A stretch of 32,000 nucleotides of DNA, from NCBI GenBank assembly GCA_934613415.1, contig CAKTSY010000001.1, positions 360,001 to 392,000 of the forward strand, written 5' to 3'. The stretch comes from an uncultured Opitutales bacterium. Its GTDB lineage: Bacteria > Verrucomicrobiota > Verrucomicrobiia > Opitutales > Intestinicryptomonadaceae. The stretch's first letter is position 1; every line of letters begins with the position of its first letter. Shown piece by piece: positions 16,299 to 25,521 of the stretch. Under the pieces are notes generated by a model. It was not told the origin of the DNA and made no database searches. It saw only the letters and a program-made list of their open reading frames with translations. The position numbers and the translations under genes were made by a program.

Positions 16299-17612
16299 AT
16301 GTTCAGCTTAATGCAAAATTTAACAACGCAATATCCGGTGGCGTCGGCGGCAGTTTTATTGCTAATTGCCTACATATTTATAGCGTTGGAGAAAATCCCC
16401 AAAGTTACGGTTGCACTCATTGGCGCAAGTTTGGCCATTATTTTCGGAATGGTAAGCCAAAACAAGTTTTCGGACAACCTGCCAAACCCGCTATACTACG
16501 TAAACTACATAGATTTCAACGTTGTATTTTTGCTGATTTCGATGATGATTATAGTTTCGATAACATCTCGAAGCGGCATATTTTCGTATGCGGCGGTAAA
16601 AATTGTAAGATTTACAAAGGGAAACCCCCTTAAAATTTTGGTGTCGCTTTGCTTTTTTACGGCTGCTGTAAGCGCGTTTTTAGACAACGTTACAACCGTT
16701 ATTTTGCTTATGCCGATAACGTTTTCTATTTGTAAGTCGTTAAACTTAAAGCCTATACCCTTTTTGATTGGCGAAATATTTTCGTCGAACATAGGGGGAA
16801 CGGCAACCTTAATTGGTGACCCGCCGAACATTATAATAGGCAGTGCCGCAAACTTTTCGTTCTTGGATTTTATAAACGAACTTACCCCCATTGTAATACT
16901 AATACAAATTTGCATAACCGCCTTTATTGCACTGGCGTTTAAAAAAGATCTTAAAACCACCGCCGAGTGCAAAGTAAAACTTGCAACCCCAAAAATAAAC
17001 AAGCTTTTGGCGGCGCGCTCGCTTGGCGTTTTGCTGCTTGTTATAATGGGCTTTATGCTACGCGACTTTATCCATATAGAAACCAGCATTGTTGCCCTAT
17101 TGGGAGCCGCCGTTTTGCTTATATTCGAAAACCCGCAAAACGTATGGAAAGACGTTGAATGGAATACCATATTTTTCTTTATAGGGCTTTTTATAATAAT
17201 AGGCGCGTTGGAAGCCTCTGGCGGTATTAAGATTATGGCGCAATGGCTTATAAATTCTACAAAAGGCTCGGAACTTACGGCGTCTATGCTTATATTGTGG
17301 GGCTCGGGCATAATTTCGGGCATAATCGACAACATTCCCTATACTGCTACAATGTCGCCAATGATTGCGGAAATTAGCAAAGTTATGGGCGCAAGCTACG
17401 CCGAACCTTTGTGGTGGTGCCTTTCGCTTGGCGCGTGCTTGGGCGGCAATATGACAATTATTGGGGCTGCCGCCAACGTTATTGTGTCGGAAAACGCAAC
17501 AAAGCACGGTTTCCCGATAGGCTTTTTAAAATTTATGGGCTTTGGCATAATTACGGTTTTCGTTTCTTTGGCGTTAAGCTCGGGGTACATATACATAAGA
17601 TTTTTTATTTAA
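16299..17612 (+). CDS. ArsB/NhaD-superfamily anion or ion transporter
   Basis: A polytopic membrane protein with the duplicated signature GGTATLIGDPPNIIIGS / GGNMTIIGAAANVIVS typical of this permease fold. Confidence 0.75.
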   Translation: MFSLMQNLTTQYPVASAAVLLLIAYIFIALEKIPKVTVALIGASLAIIFGMVSQNKFSDNLPNPLYYVNYIDFNVVFLLISMMIIVSITSRSGIFSYAAVKIVRFTKGNPLKILVSLCFFTAAVSAFLDNVTTVILLMPITFSICKSLNLKPIPFLIGEIFSSNIGGTATLIGDPPNIIIGSAANFSFLDFINELTPIVILIQICITAFIALAFKKDLKTTAECKVKLATPKINKLLAARSLGVLLLVIMGFMLRDFIHIETSIVALLGAAVLLIFENPQNVWKDVEWNTIFFFIGLFIIIGALEASGGIKIMAQWLINSTKGSELTASMLILWGSGIISGIIDNIPYTATMSPMIAEISKVMGASYAEPLWWCLSLGACLGGNMTIIGAAANVIVSENATKHGFPIGFLKFMGFGIITVFVSLALSSGYIYIRFFI

Positions 17613-17679
17613 TATCTGCTTGAAAATCGCCTCCCTTTTAGATTGAATTCTAAGTGCATTTTAACAAACAACAGGTTAT

Positions 17680-18576
17680 ATGATGAAAACAAAAACATTA
17701 ACTTCTTTGGCGGCTATTTCGTTGGTCGCAATATTGAACACCGCGTGCGCAAGTATGTGCTGCGGACAAAAAGACATCTCCGTTCAGATGTATTCGGCAA
17801 GACAAGACATTAAAGCCGACTACTCGAAAACGGTTCAGGCCTTGGGCAAAATGGGCTTTACTTCGGTAGAAGCCGCAGGCTATTCGAACGGCAAGTTCTA
17901 CGGAATGGCTCCCGAACAGTTCAAGAAAACCATAGAAAGCAACAATATGAAAGTTCTTAGCTCGCATACCTCGAAAAGGCTAAGCGAAAAGGAACTTGAA
18001 AGCGGCGACTTTACCGAATCGCTTAACTGGTGGAAAGACGCCATTAAAGCGCACAAAGCCGCCGGTATGGAATATATTTGCGTACCCAGCATGCACAATG
18101 CCCAGCAGCTTAAAACCCTTAAAAGGTTGCAAGTATATTGCGACTACTACAACGCCATCGGCAAACTTTGCAAAGAAAACGGCATAAAGTTCGGCTACCA
18201 CAACCACAAATTCGAATTCGAAAAGATTCAGGGCAAGGTTATGTACGACTATATGCTAGAGCACACCAACCCCGAATATGTGTTCTTTGAAATGGACGTT
18301 TACTGGACTGTTCGCGGCGAATGCAGCCCCGTTGCATACTTTAACAAATATCCGAAACGCTTTAAGCTTTTGCACATTAAAGACGACAAGGAACTCGGCC
18401 AAAGCGGTATGGTTGGCTTTGATGCAATATTCAACAATGTAGACAAAGCTGGCACCGAACACATTATCGTTGAAGTTGAAAGATACAACTTTAAGCCCCT
18501 CGAAAGCATAGATAAAAGCATAAAGTACCTGCAAAAATCTGCTTTTGTTCCCTGCAAATACAACGTTGCAAAATAA
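17680..18576 (+). CDS. Exported sugar phosphate isomerase/epimerase (xylose isomerase-like TIM barrel)
   Basis: N-terminal signal sequence. The overall pattern is GFTSVEAAGY..., FGYHNHKFEF and EMDVYW (metal-binding H/E/D positions of the family). Confidence 0.75.
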   Translation: MMKTKTLTSLAAISLVAILNTACASMCCGQKDISVQMYSARQDIKADYSKTVQALGKMGFTSVEAAGYSNGKFYGMAPEQFKKTIESNNMKVLSSHTSKRLSEKELESGDFTESLNWWKDAIKAHKAAGMEYICVPSMHNAQQLKTLKRLQVYCDYYNAIGKLCKENGIKFGYHNHKFEFEKIQGKVMYDYMLEHTNPEYVFFEMDVYWTVRGECSPVAYFNKYPKRFKLLHIKDDKELGQSGMVGFDAIFNNVDKAGTEHIIVEVERYNFKPLESIDKSIKYLQKSAFVPCKYNVAK

Positions 18577-18602
18577 TAATTAACAGGCAAATTTAAAACT
18601 AA

Positions 18603-18640
18603 AGGCGTTGGCTGCGAATTAAGCAACGCCTTTTTGTTTG
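18603..18640 (+). terminator. Intrinsic terminator
   Basis: AGGCGTTG (18603-18610) pairs with CAACGCCT (18624-18631) and is followed by TTTTGTTTG. Confidence 0.65.
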
Positions 18641-18753
18641 GCAAAATTAAGACTAAAATTTTTGAACCGTACCCAGAAAATAGGACAATAAAAAAGCCCG
18701 CCTGCTTTTTATAAGAGTCGAGCTTTGTGTTAGTGTTAGATTAAATGTTTTTG

Positions 18754-20946
18754 CTATTCTTTAAACTCAAGCAAGCAGCCGTTTAACACGTCTTTTACTT
18801 TTATAGTATAGGGTTTTTCAACCTTTTTGCCGTTAAAGTAAATGTTTTGCATTGTTTTTGCAACGCCCGCCTTTTCGGCCTTTACCTCTATAAACTTGCC
18901 GTTTGGCAACGCAACTTTTATGCGTTTAAAGCGCGGCAACCCCAAAACATATTCGCCAGAGGCCGGACACATCGGGTAAAAGCCCATTGCGGTAAATATA
19001 TACCATGCGCTCATTTGCCCGCAGTCGTCGTTGCCCGTAAGGCCCTTGGGTTCGTCTTTGTAGTTGTCGAACATAATTTTTGGAATGCGCTTTTGGGCAA
19101 TGTCTAGCCTGTCGCAATAATTGTATAAATATACATAGTGGTGCGAAGGCTCGTTGTTGTGGGCGTAGTGGCCTTTTTCGAAAACTTCGTCGAGATTTTT
19201 TACAAAGTTTTGCTCGCCGCCCATAAGCTCTATAAGCCCGTAGGGGTTTTGCATAACGCAGAAACGGTATTGCCAGTTTTTAGATTCGGTCATACCCTCG
19301 TGGCGGTTCGGGTGCCACTTCCCATCAGCCTTTTTGGCGTGGAAAAAGTTTGTTTCTTTGTTGAACAAATTGCGGTAGTTTTCGCTGTGGCGCATAAAGG
19401 TTTTGTAGTCGTCGTCTTTGCCCAAAGCCTTTACCATTTGCGCTACGCAATAGTCGTCTAAGGCAAACTCAAGCGTGCGCGAAACCGACTCGTTTGTATA
19501 GTCGCTTGTAACATAGCCACGCTTTAAATAACTTGTAAGCCCCGAACGCGCCTCGTAGCCGAAGCCTTCCTTCCACAAACCGCGGTCTACCCAGCGGCTT
19601 TTTTCGTCGTTGCTTGGGGGCACTGTTGCGTCTTTGCGAATTGCCTCGTAGGCGGTTTTAACGTCGAAATCTCTAAAGCCGTTTACATAGGCGTCGGCAA
19701 TAACGGCGTCGGCGTGGGTGCCAATCATAATATTTGTAAACGAAGGATTCGGCCACTTGGGCAGCCAGCCGCTTTCCTTATACATTTGCACCAAGGCCTG
19801 CACCATTGGCGAAACCCTTTCGGGGGCTATTATCTGCAAAAACGGGTGCTGCGCGCGGAAAGTGTCCCACAACGAATAGGCGTTGTACGAAACGCCCTCG
19901 TGGATTTTGTCGTCGAAAGCACTGTAATAACGCCCGTATTCCGAAAATTCGCGCGGCAGCTGCAATGTTCTAAAAAGAGCTGTAAAAAATATCCTTTTAT
20001 CGAGTTCGCTTGCCCCTTCTATTTCTATTTTATCGAAATAATTTTGCCACTGCGCCTTTACAATCGCCTTTGTTTTGTCAAAAGAGTTGTCGCCAATTTC
20101 CCTTTCTAGATTGTCGGCAGCCTGTTCGTAGCTTATAAACGAAGAGCCCGATTTTACCTGAACGGTTCCCACATCTTCGGCAAACTCTATTGCGCACGAA
20201 ACATCGTAGCCGCCCGAAACCGAATTTACATAGTCTTTCTTTTGCCCGTTGTTGTATACGCCCAAAAGCTTAAATGGCTTGTCGAATTTTAAAACATAGT
20301 AGCCTTTAAGATTTTTAAGCTCGGGGCCTAAATGGGCGTCGTGCCTTTCCTGATTAAAAAGCCTTATTTCGCGCTTGTCGGGGAAAACCGCAATTTCGCC
20401 GCCGAAAGGCTTTTGCTCGGCGCGGGCTGCCTGTATATACATTACAGGCTTTGCCTTAGCATTTTGCGGATAGTGTATTTTTAAAAATCCAGCGCGGCTA
20501 GTTGCCGTAATTTCGGTTGTAATTTCGCCGCCTTCTGGAACATCGTAGGCAAGTTTATAATAGTAGGGGGTGGCTACTTGCCTGTTGTGGTCTATCTTTA
20601 CGCCGCGCTCTTCAACGCCAAGTTTGGGCTCGCCCAACTGGGGCATAAGGGTAAAAAAGCCGTAGTCGCCCATCCATATTGTGGGCTGGTGGCTTGCAAT
20701 AAAACCTATGCATGTTTTGTCGTCGTAATGGTATACAGTGCGCGAAATTTTGTTTTCGCGGGTGGCGGCGCACCACTGCGTCATTGCAAAAGGGCTACCC
20801 ACTGCGGGCGTTGTGCCGCCGTAGGCGGTAACGTGGTAGCCGGAAGCACCCACAAACATATTTACATAGTCTAAATTTTCTTTGGCTTCAAGCGAAGCTA
20901 TGCCCGCAAAAAAAGCCGCAAATACAAGAATCAATTTCTTTTTCAT
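18754..20946 (-). CDS. Glycoside hydrolase family 92 alpha-mannosidase, secreted
   Basis: Signal peptide. GH92-type motifs: GFIASHQPTIWMGDYGFFTLMP, NEPSHHYVYLYNY and GNDDCGQMSAWYIFTAMGFYPMCP. Confidence 0.9.
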   Translation of the reverse strand: MKKKLILVFAAFFAGIASLEAKENLDYVNMFVGASGYHVTAYGGTTPAVGSPFAMTQWCAATRENKISRTVYHYDDKTCIGFIASHQPTIWMGDYGFFTLMPQLGEPKLGVEERGVKIDHNRQVATPYYYKLAYDVPEGGEITTEITATSRAGFLKIHYPQNAKAKPVMYIQAARAEQKPFGGEIAVFPDKREIRLFNQERHDAHLGPELKNLKGYYVLKFDKPFKLLGVYNNGQKKDYVNSVSGGYDVSCAIEFAEDVGTVQVKSGSSFISYEQAADNLEREIGDNSFDKTKAIVKAQWQNYFDKIEIEGASELDKRIFFTALFRTLQLPREFSEYGRYYSAFDDKIHEGVSYNAYSLWDTFRAQHPFLQIIAPERVSPMVQALVQMYKESGWLPKWPNPSFTNIMIGTHADAVIADAYVNGFRDFDVKTAYEAIRKDATVPPSNDEKSRWVDRGLWKEGFGYEARSGLTSYLKRGYVTSDYTNESVSRTLEFALDDYCVAQMVKALGKDDDYKTFMRHSENYRNLFNKETNFFHAKKADGKWHPNRHEGMTESKNWQYRFCVMQNPYGLIELMGGEQNFVKNLDEVFEKGHYAHNNEPSHHYVYLYNYCDRLDIAQKRIPKIMFDNYKDEPKGLTGNDDCGQMSAWYIFTAMGFYPMCPASGEYVLGLPRFKRIKVALPNGKFIEVKAEKAGVAKTMQNIYFNGKKVEKPYTIKVKDVLNGCLLEFKE

Positions 20947-20994
20947 ACGAAAACGAATTCTTGTTTTGCGGACTAATTGTGTAAAGCAAAAAGT

Positions 20995-21849
20995 TTACCA
21001 ATCTTGCTTGGTTAACATTTTTTCGACATAAGTTGGCAATGCAAACGAAGCCTTGTGCAATTTTGCATTGTAGTAGTTGGTTTTAATTTTCAGCGAATTA
21101 AAATGCTTTTTGTTGAAGTCTTTTACGGGGTGGTATTTTTTAGACGCAAACCCGAAAAGCCACTCGCCCGAAGGATATGTTGGTATGTGCGCCTGATAGA
21201 TTTTGCTTACGGCGAAAATCTGCCCTATTCTTTTGTGCGCGGTTGCCATTGCGCTTGAATCGCTTAAATAAAACGGGCTTTCGTGCTGGTTTACCATAAT
21301 GCCATCGTCTTTTAAAGCCTTGTAGCAGTTGCCGTAAAACTCTTTTGTAAAAAGCCCCTCCGAAAACCCTGTCGTATCGGAAGAGTCTACAATAATTACG
21401 TCGTATTCGTTTTCCGCGCTTCTTATAAACTTTAGGCCGTCTTCGTAGATTAGCGAAACTTTGGGGCTGTCTAGCCCGCAGGCGGTTTGGGGTATAAACT
21501 GCCGGCAAACTTCGGTAACTTTTTCGTCTAGCTCAACAACGTCTATATGTTTTACGGAAGGGTACTTTAATATTTCCCTCGAAACGCCGCCGTCGCCCGC
21601 ACCTATAACCAAAATTTTTTCGGGATTTTCGTGAACTGCCATCGGAACGTGGGTAATCATTTCGTGGTAGATAAACTCGTCGCGCTCGGTAAACATAATA
21701 GAGCCGTCTAGGGTAAGAAAACGCCCAAATTCTTTCGAATCGAAAACGTCTATTTGCTGAAAACGGCTTTTTACGCTGCAAAGCTGTTTTTGCACTTTAA
21801 TAGAAAAGCTTACGTTCGGGGTGTGCCGCTCGGTAAACCAAAGTTCCAT
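20995..21849 (-). CDS. speE: Polyamine aminopropyltransferase (spermidine synthase)
   Basis: MELWFTE start, LTLDGSIMFTERDEFIYHEMITHVPM, VIGAGDGGVSREI and IIVDSSD motifs. Confidence 0.9.
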   Translation of the reverse strand: MELWFTERHTPNVSFSIKVQKQLCSVKSRFQQIDVFDSKEFGRFLTLDGSIMFTERDEFIYHEMITHVPMAVHENPEKILVIGAGDGGVSREILKYPSVKHIDVVELDEKVTEVCRQFIPQTACGLDSPKVSLIYEDGLKFIRSAENEYDVIIVDSSDTTGFSEGLFTKEFYGNCYKALKDDGIMVNQHESPFYLSDSSAMATAHKRIGQIFAVSKIYQAHIPTYPSGEWLFGFASKKYHPVKDFNKKHFNSLKIKTNYYNAKLHKASFALPTYVEKMLTKQDW

Positions 21850-21851
21850 AA

Positions 21852-23309
21852 CTATTCCTTTAAAACGTTAAGGTTGTTTATGTATAAGTCTTGGGTTCCC
21901 GTCATCGAGCAGCCCTTGTCTTTTGCGTATTTTATGTATTCTATAATCTGCTCGGTAATCATTTCGCCGGGCGACAACACGGGAATTCCGGGCGGATAGC
22001 ACATTACAAATTCGCCGCAAATTCTGCCGCAGGTTTTGTCGAGCGGCAGGCTTTCGCTTTCGGCGTAAAAGGCGTCTTGCGGAGACTTTACAACAATGGG
22101 GGTTATGTATTCTTGCGTAAGCATTCCCGTTTTCGGTTTTTTGTAGCGGCGGCGTATTTCCGACAACGCGCTTACCAAGCGTTCAACGTCGCTAAACCTG
22201 TCGCCGATAGAAATGTACGCCAAAAAGTTGCCTATGTCGCCGAATTCTATTTGTATGCCGTATTCGTCGCGCAAAATGTCGTGCACTTCTATGCCCGCCA
22301 ACCCCAAATCTAGGCTGTGCACCGAAAGCTTTGTGCGGTCGAAATCGTATATGCTGTCGGAATTTATTATTTCGGTAGAAAATGCGTAGTAGTCGCCAAT
22401 CTTGTTTATTTCACGGCGGGCATATTCTGCTAGCTCCAAAACGCCGTCGAAAATTTCGGGCCCGTTTAAGGCAAGCTTGCGGCGCGAAATATCCAAGCTA
22501 GACATAAGCAAATACGAGCCGCTTGTTGTCTGCATAAGGTTTATAACCTGACGCATATAGTCGGCGTTTACGCGTTTGCCCAAAAGCAAAAACGAGCTTT
22601 GCGTTAGGCTGCCGCCGCTTTTGTGCATACTTACGCTTGCCATATCCGCTCCCGCCGCCATTGCGCTTATGGGCAAATTTTTGCCGAAATAAAAGTGGGC
22701 TCCGTGGGCTTCATCGGCAAGAACAAGAATGTTGTGCTTATGGGCAAGCTTTACTATTTTTTTGATATCCGAGCAAATGCCGTAGTAGGTTGGGTTGTTT
22801 ACATATATTGCCTTTGCATCGGGGTTTTCCTTTATTGCCTTTTCGACATCTACAATAGACATACCCAAAGCTATTCCCAAATTTTTGTCTATGGCGGGAT
22901 TTACATAAACTGGTTTTGCACCGCACAAAACAACGGCATTAATTGCGCTGCGGTGCACATTGCGAGGCAAAATAATCTTATCGTTTCTTTTACAGGCGTA
23001 TAAAATCATACTTTGCACCGCGCTGGTGGTGCCGTTTACCATAAAGAAGCTGTTTTTTGCACCGAAGGCTTTTGCCGCAATAGCTTCGGCGTCTTTAATA
23101 ACCGAAACTGGGTGGCAAAGGCTGTCGACAAGCTTCATTGTGCCTACGTCGACACTAAGCGCGCTTTGCCCCAAAAACTCGACCAATTCGGGATTACCCT
23201 TGCCCCTTTTATGCCCCGGGACATCGAATGGAACTATGCGCAGCTTTTTCAACTTTTCCAACGCTTCGTAAACGGGAGCGCGGTTTTGAGAAAGTTTTTC
23301 GTTTTTCAA
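21852..23309 (-). CDS. PLP-dependent Orn/Lys/Arg decarboxylase (fold type I, Bacillus SpeA-like)
   Basis: FDVPGHKRGKG near the N-terminus. SMHKSGGSLTQSS is the PLP-lysine motif. The only in-frame start at the conserved N-terminus is the TTG at 23309. The stop is 2 nt before speE. Confidence 0.85.
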   Translation of the reverse strand: MKNEKLSQNRAPVYEALEKLKKLRIVPFDVPGHKRGKGNPELVEFLGQSALSVDVGTMKLVDSLCHPVSVIKDAEAIAAKAFGAKNSFFMVNGTTSAVQSMILYACKRNDKIILPRNVHRSAINAVVLCGAKPVYVNPAIDKNLGIALGMSIVDVEKAIKENPDAKAIYVNNPTYYGICSDIKKIVKLAHKHNILVLADEAHGAHFYFGKNLPISAMAAGADMASVSMHKSGGSLTQSSFLLLGKRVNADYMRQVINLMQTTSGSYLLMSSLDISRRKLALNGPEIFDGVLELAEYARREINKIGDYYAFSTEIINSDSIYDFDRTKLSVHSLDLGLAGIEVHDILRDEYGIQIEFGDIGNFLAYISIGDRFSDVERLVSALSEIRRRYKKPKTGMLTQEYITPIVVKSPQDAFYAESESLPLDKTCGRICGEFVMCYPPGIPVLSPGEMITEQIIEYIKYAKDKGCSMTGTQDLYINNLNVLKE

Positions 23310-23411
23310 TATGTTAACTTCTTTCGCTTGTATTCGGCCAAGTGCTTTTTTTGGGAGGCTTCGCCTATAATTTTTATATTAGAAAGATTTTCCACTTACA
23401 AAGGAAAATGC

Positions 23412-23466
23412 AACAAAAAAACGGAATATTTTTTAGGCAATTAAACCGCAAAAAAATATTCCGTTA
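23412..23466 (-). terminator. Strong intrinsic terminator after rbsK
   Basis: A perfect 15-bp inverted repeat, AACGGAATATTTTTT (23420-23434) and AAAAAATATTCCGTT (23451-23465). On the minus strand it is followed by a U-run. Confidence 0.7.
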
Positions 23467-23489
23467 ATTATCAATAAGTTGCAAAAATG

Positions 23490-24356
23490 CTATTCGGGCT
23501 GCGCCCCGCGCTTTGTAACCGATTCTGCCGCCGCTTTAATGGCAAGCTCTATTGCATTTTCGGTATTGTAGTTAAACAATGTTAGCCCAGCTGCAAAGCT
23601 GCCCGTAAAGCAGTCTCCCGCGCCCACGGTGTCGACAGCTTTTACCTTTAACGCCTTAAAGAACTTTTCGCCGTCTTTATTTACAAGCAAACACCCTTTT
23701 TTACCCAGCGTTATAAGAACGTTTTTAACGCCTTTTTTAAGCAGCGACTTTGCCGCCTCTTTAAAGTCTGTATAACGCTTTTTTTGCAGCAGCAAAATTT
23801 CGTGCTCGTTTGGCACTAAAAAGTCTACATTCTTTAAGATTTCGTTTGGCAGGCAAACCGCAGGAGCTGGCGTTAACACTGTAACACAACCCGCCTTTTT
23901 AGCCAAAGCTAGCCCCTCTTTTACTGTGTTTAATGGGGTTTCCAGCTGGAACAAAACAACCGAATAGTTTTTAAAGTTTACCTTTTTTATGTCGGAAGGC
24001 AAAAGCTTTTCGTTTGCGCCAGAAGCTACCGTTATTATGTTTTCGCCGTTTTTGGCAACCACAATAAGGGCAACCCCCGTAGCTACGCCTTTAACTACTT
24101 TCAAATTCGAAACGTCTATATTGCGCTTTTTTAGGTGCGCAATATATTCCCTGCCGAAAACATCGTTGCCAACCGCGCCGCAAAAGGCGGTTTTGCAGAA
24201 TGCCGAAGCCCCCCACGCCTGATTTGCGCCCTTGCCGCCGTTGTTGCACGCAAACACGCCGCCAAGCAAAGTTTCGCCCGCAAGCGGTATGCGCGGGCTG
24301 TTTACAACCATATCCACGTTGGCGCTGCCTACAACCAAAACATCGGTCTTTTTCAT
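23490..24356 (-). CDS. rbsK: Ribokinase
   Basis: VVGSANVDMV, GGKGANQA and VDTVGAGDCFTGSFAAGL are PfkB/ribokinase signatures. Confidence 0.85.
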   Translation of the reverse strand: MKKTDVLVVGSANVDMVVNSPRIPLAGETLLGGVFACNNGGKGANQAWGASAFCKTAFCGAVGNDVFGREYIAHLKKRNIDVSNLKVVKGVATGVALIVVAKNGENIITVASGANEKLLPSDIKKVNFKNYSVVLFQLETPLNTVKEGLALAKKAGCVTVLTPAPAVCLPNEILKNVDFLVPNEHEILLLQKKRYTDFKEAAKSLLKKGVKNVLITLGKKGCLLVNKDGEKFFKALKVKAVDTVGAGDCFTGSFAAGLTLFNYNTENAIELAIKAAAESVTKRGAQPE

Positions 24357-24383
24357 AATGCAAGGGTATTTAAATGCAAGTTT

Positions 24384-25415
24384 CTACAGTTTAGAGGCAA
24401 CCAAAATGCCCAAGCCCGAAAGGAACATTACAAACATAAGGGCAAGCAATATATTTGTTGTTTTGTCGGCTCCCTTAAATTCTTTCCAGATAAACACGCC
24501 CCAGAAAGCCGAAACCATTGTAGCCCCCTGCCCCAAGCCGTATGCCAAAGCAGGTCCTGCAGCGTCGGCGCACAAAAAGCTAAGGCTTGTGCCGCAGCAC
24601 CAAATTGCGCCGCCTAAAATGCCAATCATATGCAGCTTTAAATTGCCCTTTTTAAAGTAGTCTAACAGTCCAACTTTGCCGCCCGAAATGGGGAAGCGCA
24701 TAATCAAAGTGTTAAACACAAAGTTTGAAAGGAAAATGCCTACCGCAAAAATAAATACCGCGCTATATGCCGTTAGGGCGTTTTCGTTAACAATTTTGCC
24801 GAGTTCGTCGGTCTTTTCCATTGCGGCAACAACGTAGCTGTAGAAAAGCCCCATAAGCGAACCCGAAATTATCGAAACAATTATGCCCTTAACAATTTTC
24901 TTGTTGCTTGAATTTGCCGAACCTTTTTTTAGGTTGCCCAATCTCTTATATGCCAAGGCGTCTAAAATAATGGCAACAACTACGCAGGCAACGCCGGCAC
25001 CCAGCATTTTAACATTGCCCGTTTGGTTTTCCATATAGGTTGTAATTACTCCCAAAACCAAAGCCAAGCCAACGCCTACGGGGAATGCAACCGCCATACC
25101 CGCCAAGTCTATGGCAGCTACCAGCAGTATGTTCGACAAATTAAAAATTATGCCGCCAACCAAAGCCGAAAGCACAAATTCGGGCGAAGCCGAAGTTAAG
25201 TCGGCAATAAAGCTTTGCCCCGTAGAACCCATAGACCCCATTGTAAGCCCCAGCACAAGCGTAAACAAAACAACGCCTATAGAATAGTCCCAATAAAAGA
25301 GCTGAAACGCCCAGCCTTTGCTGGCAAGTTTTTGGGTGTTACCCCAAGAGCCCCAACAAAGCATAGTTACTATGCAAAGCACAACCGCAATCGAATAGGA
25401 AGTAATTGTAATCAT
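24384..25415 (-). CDS. DMT-superfamily sugar transporter (GRP / ureide-permease-like), probably ribose or nucleoside uptake
   Basis: About ten TM helices with CWGSWGNTQKL in TM1. It lies 27 nt upstream of rbsK on the same strand. The substrate is inferred from context only. Confidence 0.6.
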   Translation of the reverse strand: MITITSYSIAVVLCIVTMLCWGSWGNTQKLASKGWAFQLFYWDYSIGVVLFTLVLGLTMGSMGSTGQSFIADLTSASPEFVLSALVGGIIFNLSNILLVAAIDLAGMAVAFPVGVGLALVLGVITTYMENQTGNVKMLGAGVACVVVAIILDALAYKRLGNLKKGSANSSNKKIVKGIIVSIISGSLMGLFYSYVVAAMEKTDELGKIVNENALTAYSAVFIFAVGIFLSNFVFNTLIMRFPISGGKVGLLDYFKKGNLKLHMIGILGGAIWCCGTSLSFLCADAAGPALAYGLGQGATMVSAFWGVFIWKEFKGADKTTNILLALMFVMFLSGLGILVASKL

Positions 25416-25421
25416 ACAAAC

Positions 25422-25450
25422 ATTATCGTAGCCGTTTGCCGCTCAGTCAA
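25422..25450 (-). promoter_or_regulatory. Candidate sigma70-type promoter of the transporter-rbsK pair
   Basis: On the minus strand: TTGACT (25450-25445), a 17-nt spacer, GATAAT (25427-25422), then 6 nt (GTTTGT) to the ATG at 25415. Confidence 0.4.
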
Positions 25451-25461
25451 GAACAAACAAA

Positions 25462-25497
25462 CTAACAAAAGCACAACAAACCCAACATTTTGTGCTG
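25462..25497 (-). terminator. Candidate intrinsic terminator after the 673-aa lipoprotein gene
   Basis: On the minus strand AGCACAA pairs with TTGTGCT (plus-strand coordinates 25470-25476 and 25490-25496), followed by TTTGTTAGTTTG. Confidence 0.4.
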
Positions 25498-25521
25498 CAA
25501 AAACGGGCGGCAAAAGTCGCG

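Noticed and set aside
16106-16633. 175-aa plus-strand ORF upstream of and overlapping the ArsB/NhaD transporter gene.
   Set aside because: It is out of frame with the clearly membrane-protein-like 16299..17612 ORF. Its K/R/F-rich sequence is typical of AT-rich non-coding DNA read through, and it has no motif.
16505-17335. Long antisense ORFs: 276 aa here, plus 4092..4649, 13095..13625, 14179..14688, 28776..29327 and many others in the track.
   Set aside because: Each lies opposite a confidently assigned gene and has a biased, motif-free composition. These are the typical shadow ORFs produced by codon bias.
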